Assembly: GCA_965204465.1 (NCBI GenBank)
Contig: OZ241995.1
Span: 933,688 to 997,687 of the forward strand
Direction of reading: 5' to 3'
DNA: 64,000 nucleotides
Source: Leptospiria bacterium
GTDB taxonomy: Bacteria; Spirochaetota; Leptospiria; Turneriellales; CBDBES01
Shown here: piece after piece, positions 19,741 to 29,004 of the stretch
Layout: every line of letters starts with the position of its first letter
How positions within the stretch are numbered: the stretch's first letter is position 1
Translations under genes and position numbers: made by a program
Notes under the pieces: generated by a model
What the model was told of the DNA's origin: nothing
The model's database searches: none
Seen by the model: only the letters and a program-made list of their open reading frames with translations

Positions 19741-22226
19741 TACAAATTATCCGCAGAATCCTGTCTATATACTCTTGTTTCAGGTATACCGAATATAGTG
19801 AAATCGGATAATTGCATGGATATATATATGCTCTGTTCATAAAAGGTAGCGTTGTTTTGTAAATTGGTTCCCCAAAAAGAAGATTTTATCCTCCTCTCGT
19901 ATGTAATTCTTAGTATCCATTTATGCAGTCTATGTTCTAAGACAGCCCTTAGAAAATTCAGATTGAAGATAGAGCCTTGACTTTGATCATCTCTGGAAGA
20001 ATCGATAGAATTAATGATGTCTTCAAAAAAAGAAACATCTTCCTGATACCTTTCTAATTGGTCTGCCCGTGAATTCATTTCAAATATGATACGCCAATCC
20101 CTGTAAAAACTAAGGTCAAATCCAAATCTGAATGTAATATAGTCCTGTCGTATATGGATGAAATTATGATACCAACCTACCCTGGCATATATCTGATTCA
20201 ACCTACTCCATGAAGCAATATCCGCATTTCCAAGGGTTAAACCCAAAAATACTTCATTATCTTTATTTCTTTGGTAGCGGATCAAATAATTATGTTCATC
20301 TCCCATACTGATATAAAAATATTTTGCATCCTTTTTAGTGTTTGTACTGAGCAGATCATTTTTATTCAAAAAGTCATATTTTATTTCTGAGAAAAGATTT
20401 AAAGGATGCCAGCGAAAATGTTCTGGTAGAGTATATGGATATCTCCTAAGTTCTCTTCTTGTTTTGCTATGGAAAAGCATCCAATTATTGTAGTCTATCT
20501 TAAAAAAAAAATTGAGAAAGTGCGGCCCCTGGTTATTAAAGGTGGGGTCATTAAATCTTCTTAAAAAAAATAAATTATATTCATATTCGGTCAGTAAATA
20601 TATCCAATGCAAGCCAACTTTTAATGGGCTTTTGATCCTCATAAAATAATAACTGAGCCTCATGGACTCTAACTCAAGATCATCGGTAACAGGAGTCGTT
20701 GTTCTATATTGCATGCCATAGGCCAGGGATGGATCAAAACCAATCCAGCGGGTAAAATAAAATTGATGAATGGAGGTTAAACTCATATCCCCTCTGTAAA
20801 TGGTCTTATCTCTTTTACTTTCATTATTGAATGTACTTATGATATCGCCAGATCCTGCCAGGTCTATCCATGAACCAGAATAGAATTTATTAAATTGTTT
20901 GAGTAACTGCCATCTTTGAGTAAAATGGATTTTAGGCAATACATCCAATTCGGGCAGATATTTAGAGTCTTCGACAGTGCTGGCTTGGTTCCATCTAAAA
21001 TTTCTTTCTACCTGTATATCGAAATGAAAATTTTCCCAGTCTAATGAATACTGCGCCTTCCAGAGTAATCTCTCTGGGCCAGCATCCACAAAAATAGGGC
21101 TAAAGGAGATAATCTCTAGTGTGTTTGCAGGTTCTATTCGGTATCCAAATTCTGGTTCATAATTACGCTGGTTATAATGGTCTATTTGAAGCGAAAAATG
21201 GGATTGTACATCCTTTCCCCAGTGGGCCATTAAGTTACTGTTCACTTTCCACCAAAAACGATTGTCTTGATCGAAAGAACCATCCGGTTGTCGGATCAAT
21301 GTTGTTATGATCTGATTGCAGGATTGATTTTCGGGATCGACCTCACAAATTCTATTCTGGATATTATAATTTGCCAATCCTACATCTATATCATAACTGG
21401 TATATTTAGAACGATTTTGAGTAAAAATACCAAAGTTTTGCCCGGTATGCTGATAAAAATCAAAAATCAATTTACCATCTTGGGGCAAAAAAGAAGAATA
21501 GGGTGTCCATTCAGGAATGTTGAAATAATAGGTGTTTTGCAGAAAATGACCCTTCTCTTGATTGTTTCCATAGAAAGTCAAGATGCCTGTTCCTGATTTA
21601 GTTTGAAATATGATCGGCCAATAAAAAACAGGTGTTTGCCCTACATAATAGAATACATGAAGAGCAACGAACCGATTGTCTGGATATATCCATACTCTTT
21701 TAGCCTTAAAAAAATAATGGGGATTCTTTATATTGCAACTGCTAAAAAAAGCAAGATTAGTAATATAGACATCTTTAGGTGTCTTTTCTATGGATTCCCC
21801 CAGAAAGTATACTGTTTCTGTGTTTGTTTTAGCCTTGTAAACCACTCCATGCTTCGTTTGGTTACCATATATAAATTGATCTCCCGAAATAACTCTGTTT
21901 CCTTCTCTTAAAGTAACCTTACCTTCTCCATATATATCTCCTGTTTGGGGATTAAATTTGATCGTTTCTGCTCTTAATGTACTTTCACCTAATTGCAAAA
22001 TGATACCACCATTAAAAATAAAAACACCATCGTCCCCCTCTTGAAAATTTATATAGTCTGTATTTTCTGAACGGATCAATTCAATTATGTTTTTTCCTTT
22101 GAGTTTTGTTTTGAATATAGATTCATTCCTGGAATCGTTAGAAATCTCTTCCCTTGGCTCCTGAGGAATTACAGGGGAAATAAGAATCAAAAAAAAAGTG
22201 ATTTTTAATAAAGATGATAGGAACAA
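19737..22226 (-). CDS. lptD: LPS-assembly protein LptD-like (OstA N-terminal domain + large beta-barrel)
   Basis: Signal peptide; OstA-like N-domain (GDDGVFIFNGGIILQLGESTLRAETIKFNPQTGDIYGEGKV); 829 aa; 3' end overlaps convergent TBDR by 4 nt. Confidence 0.5.
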   Translation of the reverse strand: MFLSSLLKITFFLILISPVIPQEPREEISNDSRNESIFKTKLKGKNIIELIRSENTDYINFQEGDDGVFIFNGGIILQLGESTLRAETIKFNPQTGDIYGEGKVTLREGNRVISGDQFIYGNQTKHGVVYKAKTNTETVYFLGESIEKTPKDVYITNLAFFSSCNIKNPHYFFKAKRVWIYPDNRFVALHVFYYVGQTPVFYWPIIFQTKSGTGILTFYGNNQEKGHFLQNTYYFNIPEWTPYSSFLPQDGKLIFDFYQHTGQNFGIFTQNRSKYTSYDIDVGLANYNIQNRICEVDPENQSCNQIITTLIRQPDGSFDQDNRFWWKVNSNLMAHWGKDVQSHFSLQIDHYNQRNYEPEFGYRIEPANTLEIISFSPIFVDAGPERLLWKAQYSLDWENFHFDIQVERNFRWNQASTVEDSKYLPELDVLPKIHFTQRWQLLKQFNKFYSGSWIDLAGSGDIISTFNNESKRDKTIYRGDMSLTSIHQFYFTRWIGFDPSLAYGMQYRTTTPVTDDLELESMRLSYYFMRIKSPLKVGLHWIYLLTEYEYNLFFLRRFNDPTFNNQGPHFLNFFFKIDYNNWMLFHSKTRRELRRYPYTLPEHFRWHPLNLFSEIKYDFLNKNDLLSTNTKKDAKYFYISMGDEHNYLIRYQRNKDNEVFLGLTLGNADIASWSRLNQIYARVGWYHNFIHIRQDYITFRFGFDLSFYRDWRIIFEMNSRADQLERYQEDVSFFEDIINSIDSSRDDQSQGSIFNLNFLRAVLEHRLHKWILRITYERRIKSSFWGTNLQNNATFYEQSIYISMQLSDFTIFGIPETRVYRQDSADNLY

Positions 22227-22391
22227 TCGCTTTACTCTTTTTTTCTAAAAAACTGTTTATTCAGTATATTTTTCGGCATATTCTCTGCAATTTTTTAAAT
22301 ATTACCTACCCCCGGGTATGTGGATCATGATTTAGGAATTCATTTTTTAGCATTCCTATAACATATTCATCAAATATCTTAGTAGATCATT

Positions 22392-22464
22392 TCGGGCCGA
22401 CTGGATTCGAACCAGCGACCTCACGCCCCCCAGACGTGTGCGCTACCCCTGCGCCACGGCCCGG
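22392..22464 (-). tRNA. tRNA-Pro (anticodon GGG)
   Basis: Hand-folded cloverleaf: acceptor CGGGCCG/CGGCCCG, D-arm GCGC-AGGGGTA-GCGC, anticodon stem CACGT/GCGTG with loop CTGGGGG, T-loop TTCGAAT; no encoded CCA. Confidence 0.85.
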
Positions 22465-22589
22465 ATCTAGTATATTTTAGTCAATAACCGCTAATTTTTT
22501 ATCCATGTCAACTTTTTTTGTATCGTTCTTTGCACCCTATAAGCACAAGTATTTTCCCGTTTTAGCCTAATTGAATAGCCACTTGATCC

Positions 22590-24641
22590 TTATGGATTCA
22601 TAAATATTCGAAAAGGAGAAACTGGAAATTGCTGTATGAATTCGTGTATGGATTCTTGGGAAACGCCAATGCATTCTCCTTTTTTATCTGAAGTGCATTT
22701 TAATTTACCAGTCAATCTATAGAACTCAACTTCATCTTTGATCAAACCTGACTGATCGCTTAAAATGATCTTTTTGAAAATTTCATTTGCCTTTTTATGA
22801 TTCTTTGAATATAGAAGATATCTTGCATACCAGTAATGTAAAAAAACAGAAAATTCAGATTCAATTTTAGTTTCTTTCCATTTTTCAAAAAAATTCCAGT
22901 CTTTTTCTTCTAATCCAATTGGATAAACAGACAAATTTTTCAATAACGAAACCAGACCAGGAGTATTTTTGAAATATTTTAAAACAAAAAGAAAATATAC
23001 AGCCTTATTTCCATATCTCCCTGGATCAAATAAATAATCTTCTAATAATAGATTCGATTCTTTTATTCGCCCTTGGTTGATATTCCATATTGCCTCTAAA
23101 AATTTTTTTTCTTTTTTTAATTTGAAACTCAAATTCGAGTCAATTGTTTTTTTAAACTTTTCCCAGTCTTTCAAGAATATTAAAGTATGCAGATAGCCAA
23201 TTTCACCTTCTTCTGTAGGTACTGCTTTAAAATGATCCAATGCCTCTAAAAATTTTTTTTGCTCTGTATAAATTTGGGCTATTATATAATTTGCGTCATA
23301 GGTATATATAAAGTTATTTTCAGAAATACAATCCTGCAAATATTCAATTGCTTTTGCATATTCTTTTTTAAAATAGAAAAGACTCTTTGCAAATATAAAT
23401 TTTTCATTGGGGGAAAATAATTTCTTATCTTTTAGAATTCGATATAGAATAGAATATTGTCTTTTAGAATCTAATTGAAATAATAATTTATGCCAATTAT
23501 TTTCATTATAGGTGGATTGGCATTTAAGAATATTGGTTAAAATATCTTGTGAGATATCAAATTTTATTTGATATTGGATCATCTTCTGACAAATTTCTGG
23601 AATTTCAATAGAGAGTTTTTTAATGCCTAACCAATATTCTTTTTGATAACCTCTTGAAAGAATTTCATTACTTAAAGAAAAATATCTATGCCTAAGCTTT
23701 CTTTCATACCAATATTTCTCTAGCTTATAGACTGCTTCTATGATCTCTCCCTGAGACATCATATAAAAAACTTCCATATCATACAAAGGATAATTTTTAC
23801 GAATACCATCATGAATAAACTGGATTGCCTTTTCTACCTCACCCTTTTCAAATAAAAATTTTGCAGAAATACGATATCCATTTTCCGCATTATTTTCCAT
23901 TAAAGAAGGAAGCATTTCATAAGTTTGACTTTTTTCTCCCGTTTGCCATAAAACATTCATTTTAAATAAGATCACCCTCATATTAGATGGATCCTCTTGA
24001 ATGATTCGATTTACAATTTCAAGGCATAGATCTGGCTTACCATGGGCTAATTCAAATTTAGCCCAGATCAATTCCTTTTCATTTTTTTGCAATGAGCTAT
24101 ACATTAAAATTTTTTGTAGGGATGTTTTCTTTAAATGAGCGATTAAAATTGACCAATGCCTTTCATCTAAATGAATCGGATATTTAGAATATAGAGAAAT
24201 AAAATCATTGAATCTATAGTTAGAGATCAATGTAGAAATCATTTTTCTAAGCATAGTAGCATTTTGAGGAGATTTTAAAAAGTAAGATATAAGCGGTTTT
24301 AAAGAAAAATCTTTTTCCCCTGCACTATAAATATCCAAAAGTCTTTCTGCCGCCTGTTGTGAATGTTCTTCTACTTCTTGTATTATTTCATTATAAACAA
24401 AAGCACTTCTCTGATATTTTTTAAAATGAAATAGACATTCTGCATATATTAATTTTTCTACGGCAGATAAATTCTGTGATTCCTGTATTTTTTCCAGTTT
24501 AAAAATACATTCATTATAAAGACCCTTTTCGTATGCCTGCATGAATGTAATACTTGTTTCACTCGAAAATGCCTTCGTCGTAAAAGAAAATAAACAATAA
24601 GCAATCAAAAAAAATGAAGTACTTGCAAAAGACATACTCAT
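22590..24641 (-). CDS. TPR-repeat protein with signal peptide (hypothetical)
   Basis: 683 aa; repeated ~34-aa helical A/Y/L-pattern units; N-terminal hydrophobic leader. Confidence 0.45.
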   Translation of the reverse strand: MSMSFASTSFFLIAYCLFSFTTKAFSSETSITFMQAYEKGLYNECIFKLEKIQESQNLSAVEKLIYAECLFHFKKYQRSAFVYNEIIQEVEEHSQQAAERLLDIYSAGEKDFSLKPLISYFLKSPQNATMLRKMISTLISNYRFNDFISLYSKYPIHLDERHWSILIAHLKKTSLQKILMYSSLQKNEKELIWAKFELAHGKPDLCLEIVNRIIQEDPSNMRVILFKMNVLWQTGEKSQTYEMLPSLMENNAENGYRISAKFLFEKGEVEKAIQFIHDGIRKNYPLYDMEVFYMMSQGEIIEAVYKLEKYWYERKLRHRYFSLSNEILSRGYQKEYWLGIKKLSIEIPEICQKMIQYQIKFDISQDILTNILKCQSTYNENNWHKLLFQLDSKRQYSILYRILKDKKLFSPNEKFIFAKSLFYFKKEYAKAIEYLQDCISENNFIYTYDANYIIAQIYTEQKKFLEALDHFKAVPTEEGEIGYLHTLIFLKDWEKFKKTIDSNLSFKLKKEKKFLEAIWNINQGRIKESNLLLEDYLFDPGRYGNKAVYFLFVLKYFKNTPGLVSLLKNLSVYPIGLEEKDWNFFEKWKETKIESEFSVFLHYWYARYLLYSKNHKKANEIFKKIILSDQSGLIKDEVEFYRLTGKLKCTSDKKGECIGVSQESIHEFIQQFPVSPFRIFMNP

Positions 24642-24757
24642 AATATCCCTCTCCTATTCATTTACTTATGCCTTGTCTTGTCAAGTATAATTAGAATAGT
24701 AATGCTGAATACTTTCACCATTGAAAGATGAAAAAAGTAGTTATCTTTCTTTCCCAT

Positions 24758-24858
24758 CCCAGACACTTGGCCTCCTGGGTTGCTACGCAACACCATTCGG
24801 AGCAAGTAGTCTGCACGTGTGCCCGAATCAAAAACTAGCGGAAGCGGTTTTGATGAGG
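24758..24858. repeat. ~100-bp GC-rich repeat; a near-identical inverted copy lies at 62445-62545
   Basis: Reverse complement matches 62445-62545 with 1 mismatch. Confidence 0.85.
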
Positions 24859-24989
24859 TCAGGGTGAAATGGGTAGCAAATAGATGTTTGAGTAGATTAA
24901 AATCATAGAGAGGGAAGGTTAATTACTGGAATACCATTCCAAATAAAATGGTGTTTACATAGAAGCTGTAAATAAGAATTCTTGTATTA

Positions 24990-25166
24990 GCTAAGAAGCA
25001 GCATTAGCTAGGAAGCAGCATTAAGAAATGAAAAGAAATGAAAAGAAATGAAAAGAAATGCTAAGCTAGCAGTGCAACTGCTAGCGCAGTGCCCTTGGGT
25101 GAAAAGAAATGCTAAGCTAGCAGTGTAACTGCCAGCGCAGTGCCCTTGGGTGAAAAGAAATGCTAA
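24990..25166. repeat. Compound tandem-repeat (minisatellite) array: 17 bp x2, 10 bp (GAAAAGAAAT) x4, 51 bp x2
   Basis: Seen directly; array abuts the left inverted repeat of the IS1182-like element. Confidence 0.85.
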
Positions 25167-25317
25167 GGGGCTGTCTAAAAAGGCTTACGAGAAAAAGTCT
25201 ATTATAATTACTTGTCAGGATAAATCGATTTTGCTCTATTCTACGTTATGTCTCAGAATAATTCACTTTTATTTACAGACCTGCCTCCGCAAGAGGTAAA
25301 TGATAAGAAATTGTAGA

Positions 25318-26522
25318 AACCAATGACATATCTTACACATTAAGAAGCTATTTTAGTCATTCTATTCCGATGGAACCTTTGATATGGCGTCAAGTTATTT
25401 AATGAAGAGTGCGGGCGGATCTTATTATACCAATTCACAAAGTTATCTACGATAGTCTGAATCTCAATAATACTCATTCCATTTTTAATTTTACCTTCAA
25501 GGGCTCTCTTCAAGGTTTGATTGAAACGCTCTACTTTACCATTCAGCTCTGGCGTTCCTGGACGGATCAATTTATGCTCAATACCTGCTTCTCTTAAATA
25601 TTCTTCAAAGCCACTGATCACAGACTTTTTTTTTCTCCTGGGATTCTCTTGGGAAACATATTTAGAAGTAAACTCGACTCCATTATCTGTTTGTATTTTT
25701 TGTGGCATCTCAAATTTTTCCACAAATTTTTTGATCCCATTGGTAGCTTCATAGTTACTATGTTCATCAGCTATGTGTACCACCACAGTTCGTGAACAAT
25801 CATCTATAACTGGATAGGCCTTCACAGAATGCCCGTTGTTATCTACTATCCCAAGGTTCACAGTATCCGTCTGAACCCTCTCTAATGGCTCCTGAAGGGC
25901 ATAACGCTTTGTATGGCTGTTTTTTCGAGGTATTCTATATTGTTGGGAAATATTCTTGCGCCTGAAGATATATCCTAATGTGGAAGCATGTATCTCAATT
26001 CCATGATCCCTTTTTAATAATAGGGTTGTCAATTTAGCACCTGCATTATAGTTATCCTTTCTGACTTGGATAGCCAGATCAATGACGCTCTGGTCTATAG
26101 ACTTTGAATTACTTTTAGGTTTTCTAGATATGTCTAAAAGTGCCTCCATATTATACTTTGTCTTTCTCAATCTTCTGATCCAGAAATAATATGTTTGTCG
26201 GGCATGACCAAATTTGTCAGAGGTTAATTTAACATTGCCCGATTGTAAGGCTCTTATCAGGAATAATGCTCTCTTGCGTATTATATGATTTTTTATTCCT
26301 TTCAGATTTTCCTGTATAATTGAAATTTCTTGTTCATTATTTTTCATATTTCAATCCTTGATAATTTATTTCTAAAATAGACTTAGGGATAAACTGCTTT
26401 ATTCAGTCCAGAAAATTTCAGGTAGTCGTTCGGTTCGGTTCCCTCACCTTCCTCCTACCTGAAATCATGGCCCCTACCCTGGGGATCTAACAAGTAGTGT
26501 AAGATATGTCATTGGTTATTGT
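25318..26522 (-). mobile_element. IS3/IS481-type insertion sequence (~1.2 kb) nested inside the IS1182-like element
   Basis: Inverted repeats of at least 21 bp (AACCAATGACATATCTTACAC) at both ends; flanked by direct 15-bp TAAATGATAAGAAAT. Confidence 0.7.
25340..26347 (-). CDS. Transposase, HTH + rve (DDE integrase core)
   Basis: N-terminal HTH; catalytic core with DTVN...QTDNGVEFTS...E; 335 aa single ORF. Confidence 0.8.
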   Translation of the reverse strand: MKNNEQEISIIQENLKGIKNHIIRKRALFLIRALQSGNVKLTSDKFGHARQTYYFWIRRLRKTKYNMEALLDISRKPKSNSKSIDQSVIDLAIQVRKDNYNAGAKLTTLLLKRDHGIEIHASTLGYIFRRKNISQQYRIPRKNSHTKRYALQEPLERVQTDTVNLGIVDNNGHSVKAYPVIDDCSRTVVVHIADEHSNYEATNGIKKFVEKFEMPQKIQTDNGVEFTSKYVSQENPRRKKKSVISGFEEYLREAGIEHKLIRPGTPELNGKVERFNQTLKRALEGKIKNGMSIIEIQTIVDNFVNWYNKIRPHSSLNNLTPYQRFHRNRMTKIAS

Positions 26523-26654
26523 ATAAATGATAAGAAATATCTACACAGGCAGGTAACCTTTAAGGAATACGATACAGGACAGAGAGAGCTTTTTCCGGAG
26601 GATATTGAGCAATCCCTGCCTAAGTTTCATATTGCACGCTTTATCAAGCTTGCT

Positions 26655-28196
26655 ATGGACAAAATCAATATTGATTCTCTTATATCCAGCTATAAAGGTG
26701 GGGGAGCCAGCGCCTATAATCCCAGGTTATTGTTAAGTGTGTGGCTTCTGGCTCTTACTTACAAGACCTATAGCTGTCGTGGGGTAGCTAAATTGCTTAG
26801 AGAGAACATTGCCTTTAAGTGGCTCAGTGGGAATAAGATCATAGATTTTCGTACCCTGAATAATTTTCGTTCTCGTTTAGAGAAAGATATAAAAAAGATA
26901 TTCCAGGAGGTGATTCAAATAGGTATAAAGAATGGTATTATTACTGCTAAAGATATTTTCATAGATCATTCTAAATTCGAGGCAGATGCGAATCGTCATA
27001 AGGTGATCTGGGGCAAGCGTGTAAAAAACCAAACAGCGAAGATAGAATCAGAGTTAGACATGCTTTTTTCCTATATTTCTCGCATTGAGAAGTCAGAGGG
27101 TAAAGAATACGGTAATGGTGATTACTCTGAGACAAGTAACAGGAACTTCTCGGATTCTGATATAGATAAGATGATCACAGATGTTAATTCACAATTAAAA
27201 GATCATGAGATAAGCCGTGATGCTGGGCGGGACAGGAAAGCGAAGTTCCGTCGGCTAAAAGTATTATTACATCGGCTCAAGAAATATAATTATTCAAAAT
27301 TATTATTAGGTAAGCGTAGGAGCTATTCGAAGACAGACCCCGATGCGACAGCTATGTTTCAAAAAGACGAAGTGATCAAGCCTGGATATAATGAGGGTGT
27401 TGCCACGAGTGATGGGTTTGTTTTAGATTACTCCATCTCGCAGACCTCAGGTGATACTGATAAACTGATTGATTTAGTCGATGGCACAGAGAAAAATACA
27501 GGCGTAAAAGCAGATTCGGTTACAGCGGATTCTGCCTATGGCAGTGAAGAGAACTATCAACATTTAGAAGATAAAGATATAAAAGCTAATGTGAAGTATT
27601 CTACCTATCATCCTGAAAAGACAAAAAAGTATCATCAGGCAAAGGTTTGCAAAGATCAGTTTCTTTATGAAAAATCATCTGATACTTATCGCTGTCCTCA
27701 GGGCAAGGTGCTGACATTTATTAAAGAGAAGTTATCAAGAAAAACAGTTAACGGTTATAGAGCCAATGTTAAAGTCTATTCCGCCAGAGAAGAAGATTGT
27801 TCTGGTTGTTCATTAAAACAGTTCTGCACCAGGGGCAAAGCCCGTAGTCTTCATATCAGCGCTAATTATGACAGACTAAAAGTTAAGGCGAGGAAGCAGC
27901 TTCGCAGCTCTGAGGGGCGGGCTTTATCGAAACGCAGAGGCTTTGAGGTAGAGACCATTTTTGGTCATAAGAAACGGAATTCTTTCTATAAAAGATATTC
28001 TCTCAGGGGCATTGATAAAGTCCGAACAGAGACAGGTATGTTCTATACCAGCTATAATTTAGTAAAGATGTATCGGTATGCGATGAAGCAATTTTCTTCC
28101 TATGCTTATGGTTTAGACCGTCTTGGATCAGGGGATCATGGGAGAGGTGCGCCCCTCTTATTCGGAAAACAGCCTACTGGCTGCGCAGGGGGCTAA
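26655..28196 (+). CDS. IS1182-family DDE transposase
   Basis: 513 aa; ADSAYGSEENYQHLE motif characteristic of IS1182/IS5-type transposases; C-terminal Cys-rich region. Confidence 0.75.
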   Translation: MDKINIDSLISSYKGGGASAYNPRLLLSVWLLALTYKTYSCRGVAKLLRENIAFKWLSGNKIIDFRTLNNFRSRLEKDIKKIFQEVIQIGIKNGIITAKDIFIDHSKFEADANRHKVIWGKRVKNQTAKIESELDMLFSYISRIEKSEGKEYGNGDYSETSNRNFSDSDIDKMITDVNSQLKDHEISRDAGRDRKAKFRRLKVLLHRLKKYNYSKLLLGKRRSYSKTDPDATAMFQKDEVIKPGYNEGVATSDGFVLDYSISQTSGDTDKLIDLVDGTEKNTGVKADSVTADSAYGSEENYQHLEDKDIKANVKYSTYHPEKTKKYHQAKVCKDQFLYEKSSDTYRCPQGKVLTFIKEKLSRKTVNGYRANVKVYSAREEDCSGCSLKQFCTRGKARSLHISANYDRLKVKARKQLRSSEGRALSKRRGFEVETIFGHKKRNSFYKRYSLRGIDKVRTETGMFYTSYNLVKMYRYAMKQFSSYAYGLDRLGSGDHGRGAPLLFGKQPTGCAGG

Positions 28197-28521
28197 AAAG
28201 AAGGTAAAAAAAGTGATATTCAGGAAAAAAGTCACTTTAAATGAGATAAAACCCAAAAATATAGAAATAAAACTATACCTCCAGCCCAGCCGCAGGCTGT
28301 TCCCCAAATACTACTCAAAAGACTCTTATTAAGCGCCTGTATTGGCAAAGTCAATGAAAAATCACTCCCTTTTTAGACAGCCCCAATCCCCAGCCTTGCA
28401 AAACATCCATGTTTTGTAGGGGGTGGGGGTATGAATTAAAAAAAGAAAGACCTGTGCCCGTAGAGTGAAAAAAAGAGTGTCCACTTTATGGGGTAAGGCC
28501 ATGTTTGTAATTTTAAAAATT

Positions 28522-28962
28522 TTATTTCTTTGTTTTCTCTGATTTGTCTACAAGTTTCTTTTGGGGGACAACGATCACTTCTGACTGTTGCGTATTCGCT
28601 TTTTTCTTTTCTTTTGGGGGGGTAGACTCTTTTCGCCTCACGCTTGTAGATGGCTTTAGCAGAATGAAGGTAGTTAATTCACTAAATAAAAATAATGCAC
28701 TAAAATAGATAAAATGAACCGCTAATGACATGAAGCTAGCCTGTTCTATCTCTAAATAGGGCACAAATTGACCCACCCAAGGATAGGCTGCCATATAATA
28801 GACAATAAATAGTAAAATAGTTATAAGGTTTTTAGAGAGTTTCTTTATACGATCATTTTTTAGCATGGTAGAATAATGCGACCTGCAACATAGGAGGTCA
28901 GATAATAACAAGTCCATATTATACAGGAATTGTCCTGTTTTAAAGAATGGCAACTTATCCAA
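28522..28962 (-). CDS. Small membrane protein with Lys-rich C-terminal tail (hypothetical)
   Basis: Two predicted TM segments followed by K/E/P-rich tail. Confidence 0.3.
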   Translation of the reverse strand: MDKLPFFKTGQFLYNMDLLLSDLLCCRSHYSTMLKNDRIKKLSKNLITILLFIVYYMAAYPWVGQFVPYLEIEQASFMSLAVHFIYFSALFLFSELTTFILLKPSTSVRRKESTPPKEKKKANTQQSEVIVVPQKKLVDKSEKTKK

Positions 28963-29004
28963 CCTCCTGTATTTCAGGTAGGCACCATTCTATGGATACT
29001 CATT

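Larger units (their letters stand above)
25167..28384 (+). mobile_element. IS1182-family (IS5 superfamily) insertion sequence carrying a nested IS3/IS481-type element
   Basis: 17-bp terminal inverted repeats GGGGCTGTCTAAAAAGG at 25167 and (reverse complement) at 28368-28384; the same terminus recurs at 63393. Confidence 0.7.

Noticed and set aside
22392-22464. Whether tRNA-Pro(GGG) marks an integration site for the downstream accessory DNA
   Set aside because: No direct repeat of the tRNA 3' end and no integrase gene are visible nearby. The neighbouring genes (lptD, a TPR protein) look like core genes.
28123-28332. 69-aa ORF at the 3' end of the IS1182 element, also present in copy 2 (63445-63654)
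   Set aside because: It recurs because the IS is duplicated. It overlaps the transposase C-terminus out of frame and is basic and low-complexity. It is probably not a separate gene, although a small IS-encoded regulator cannot be excluded.
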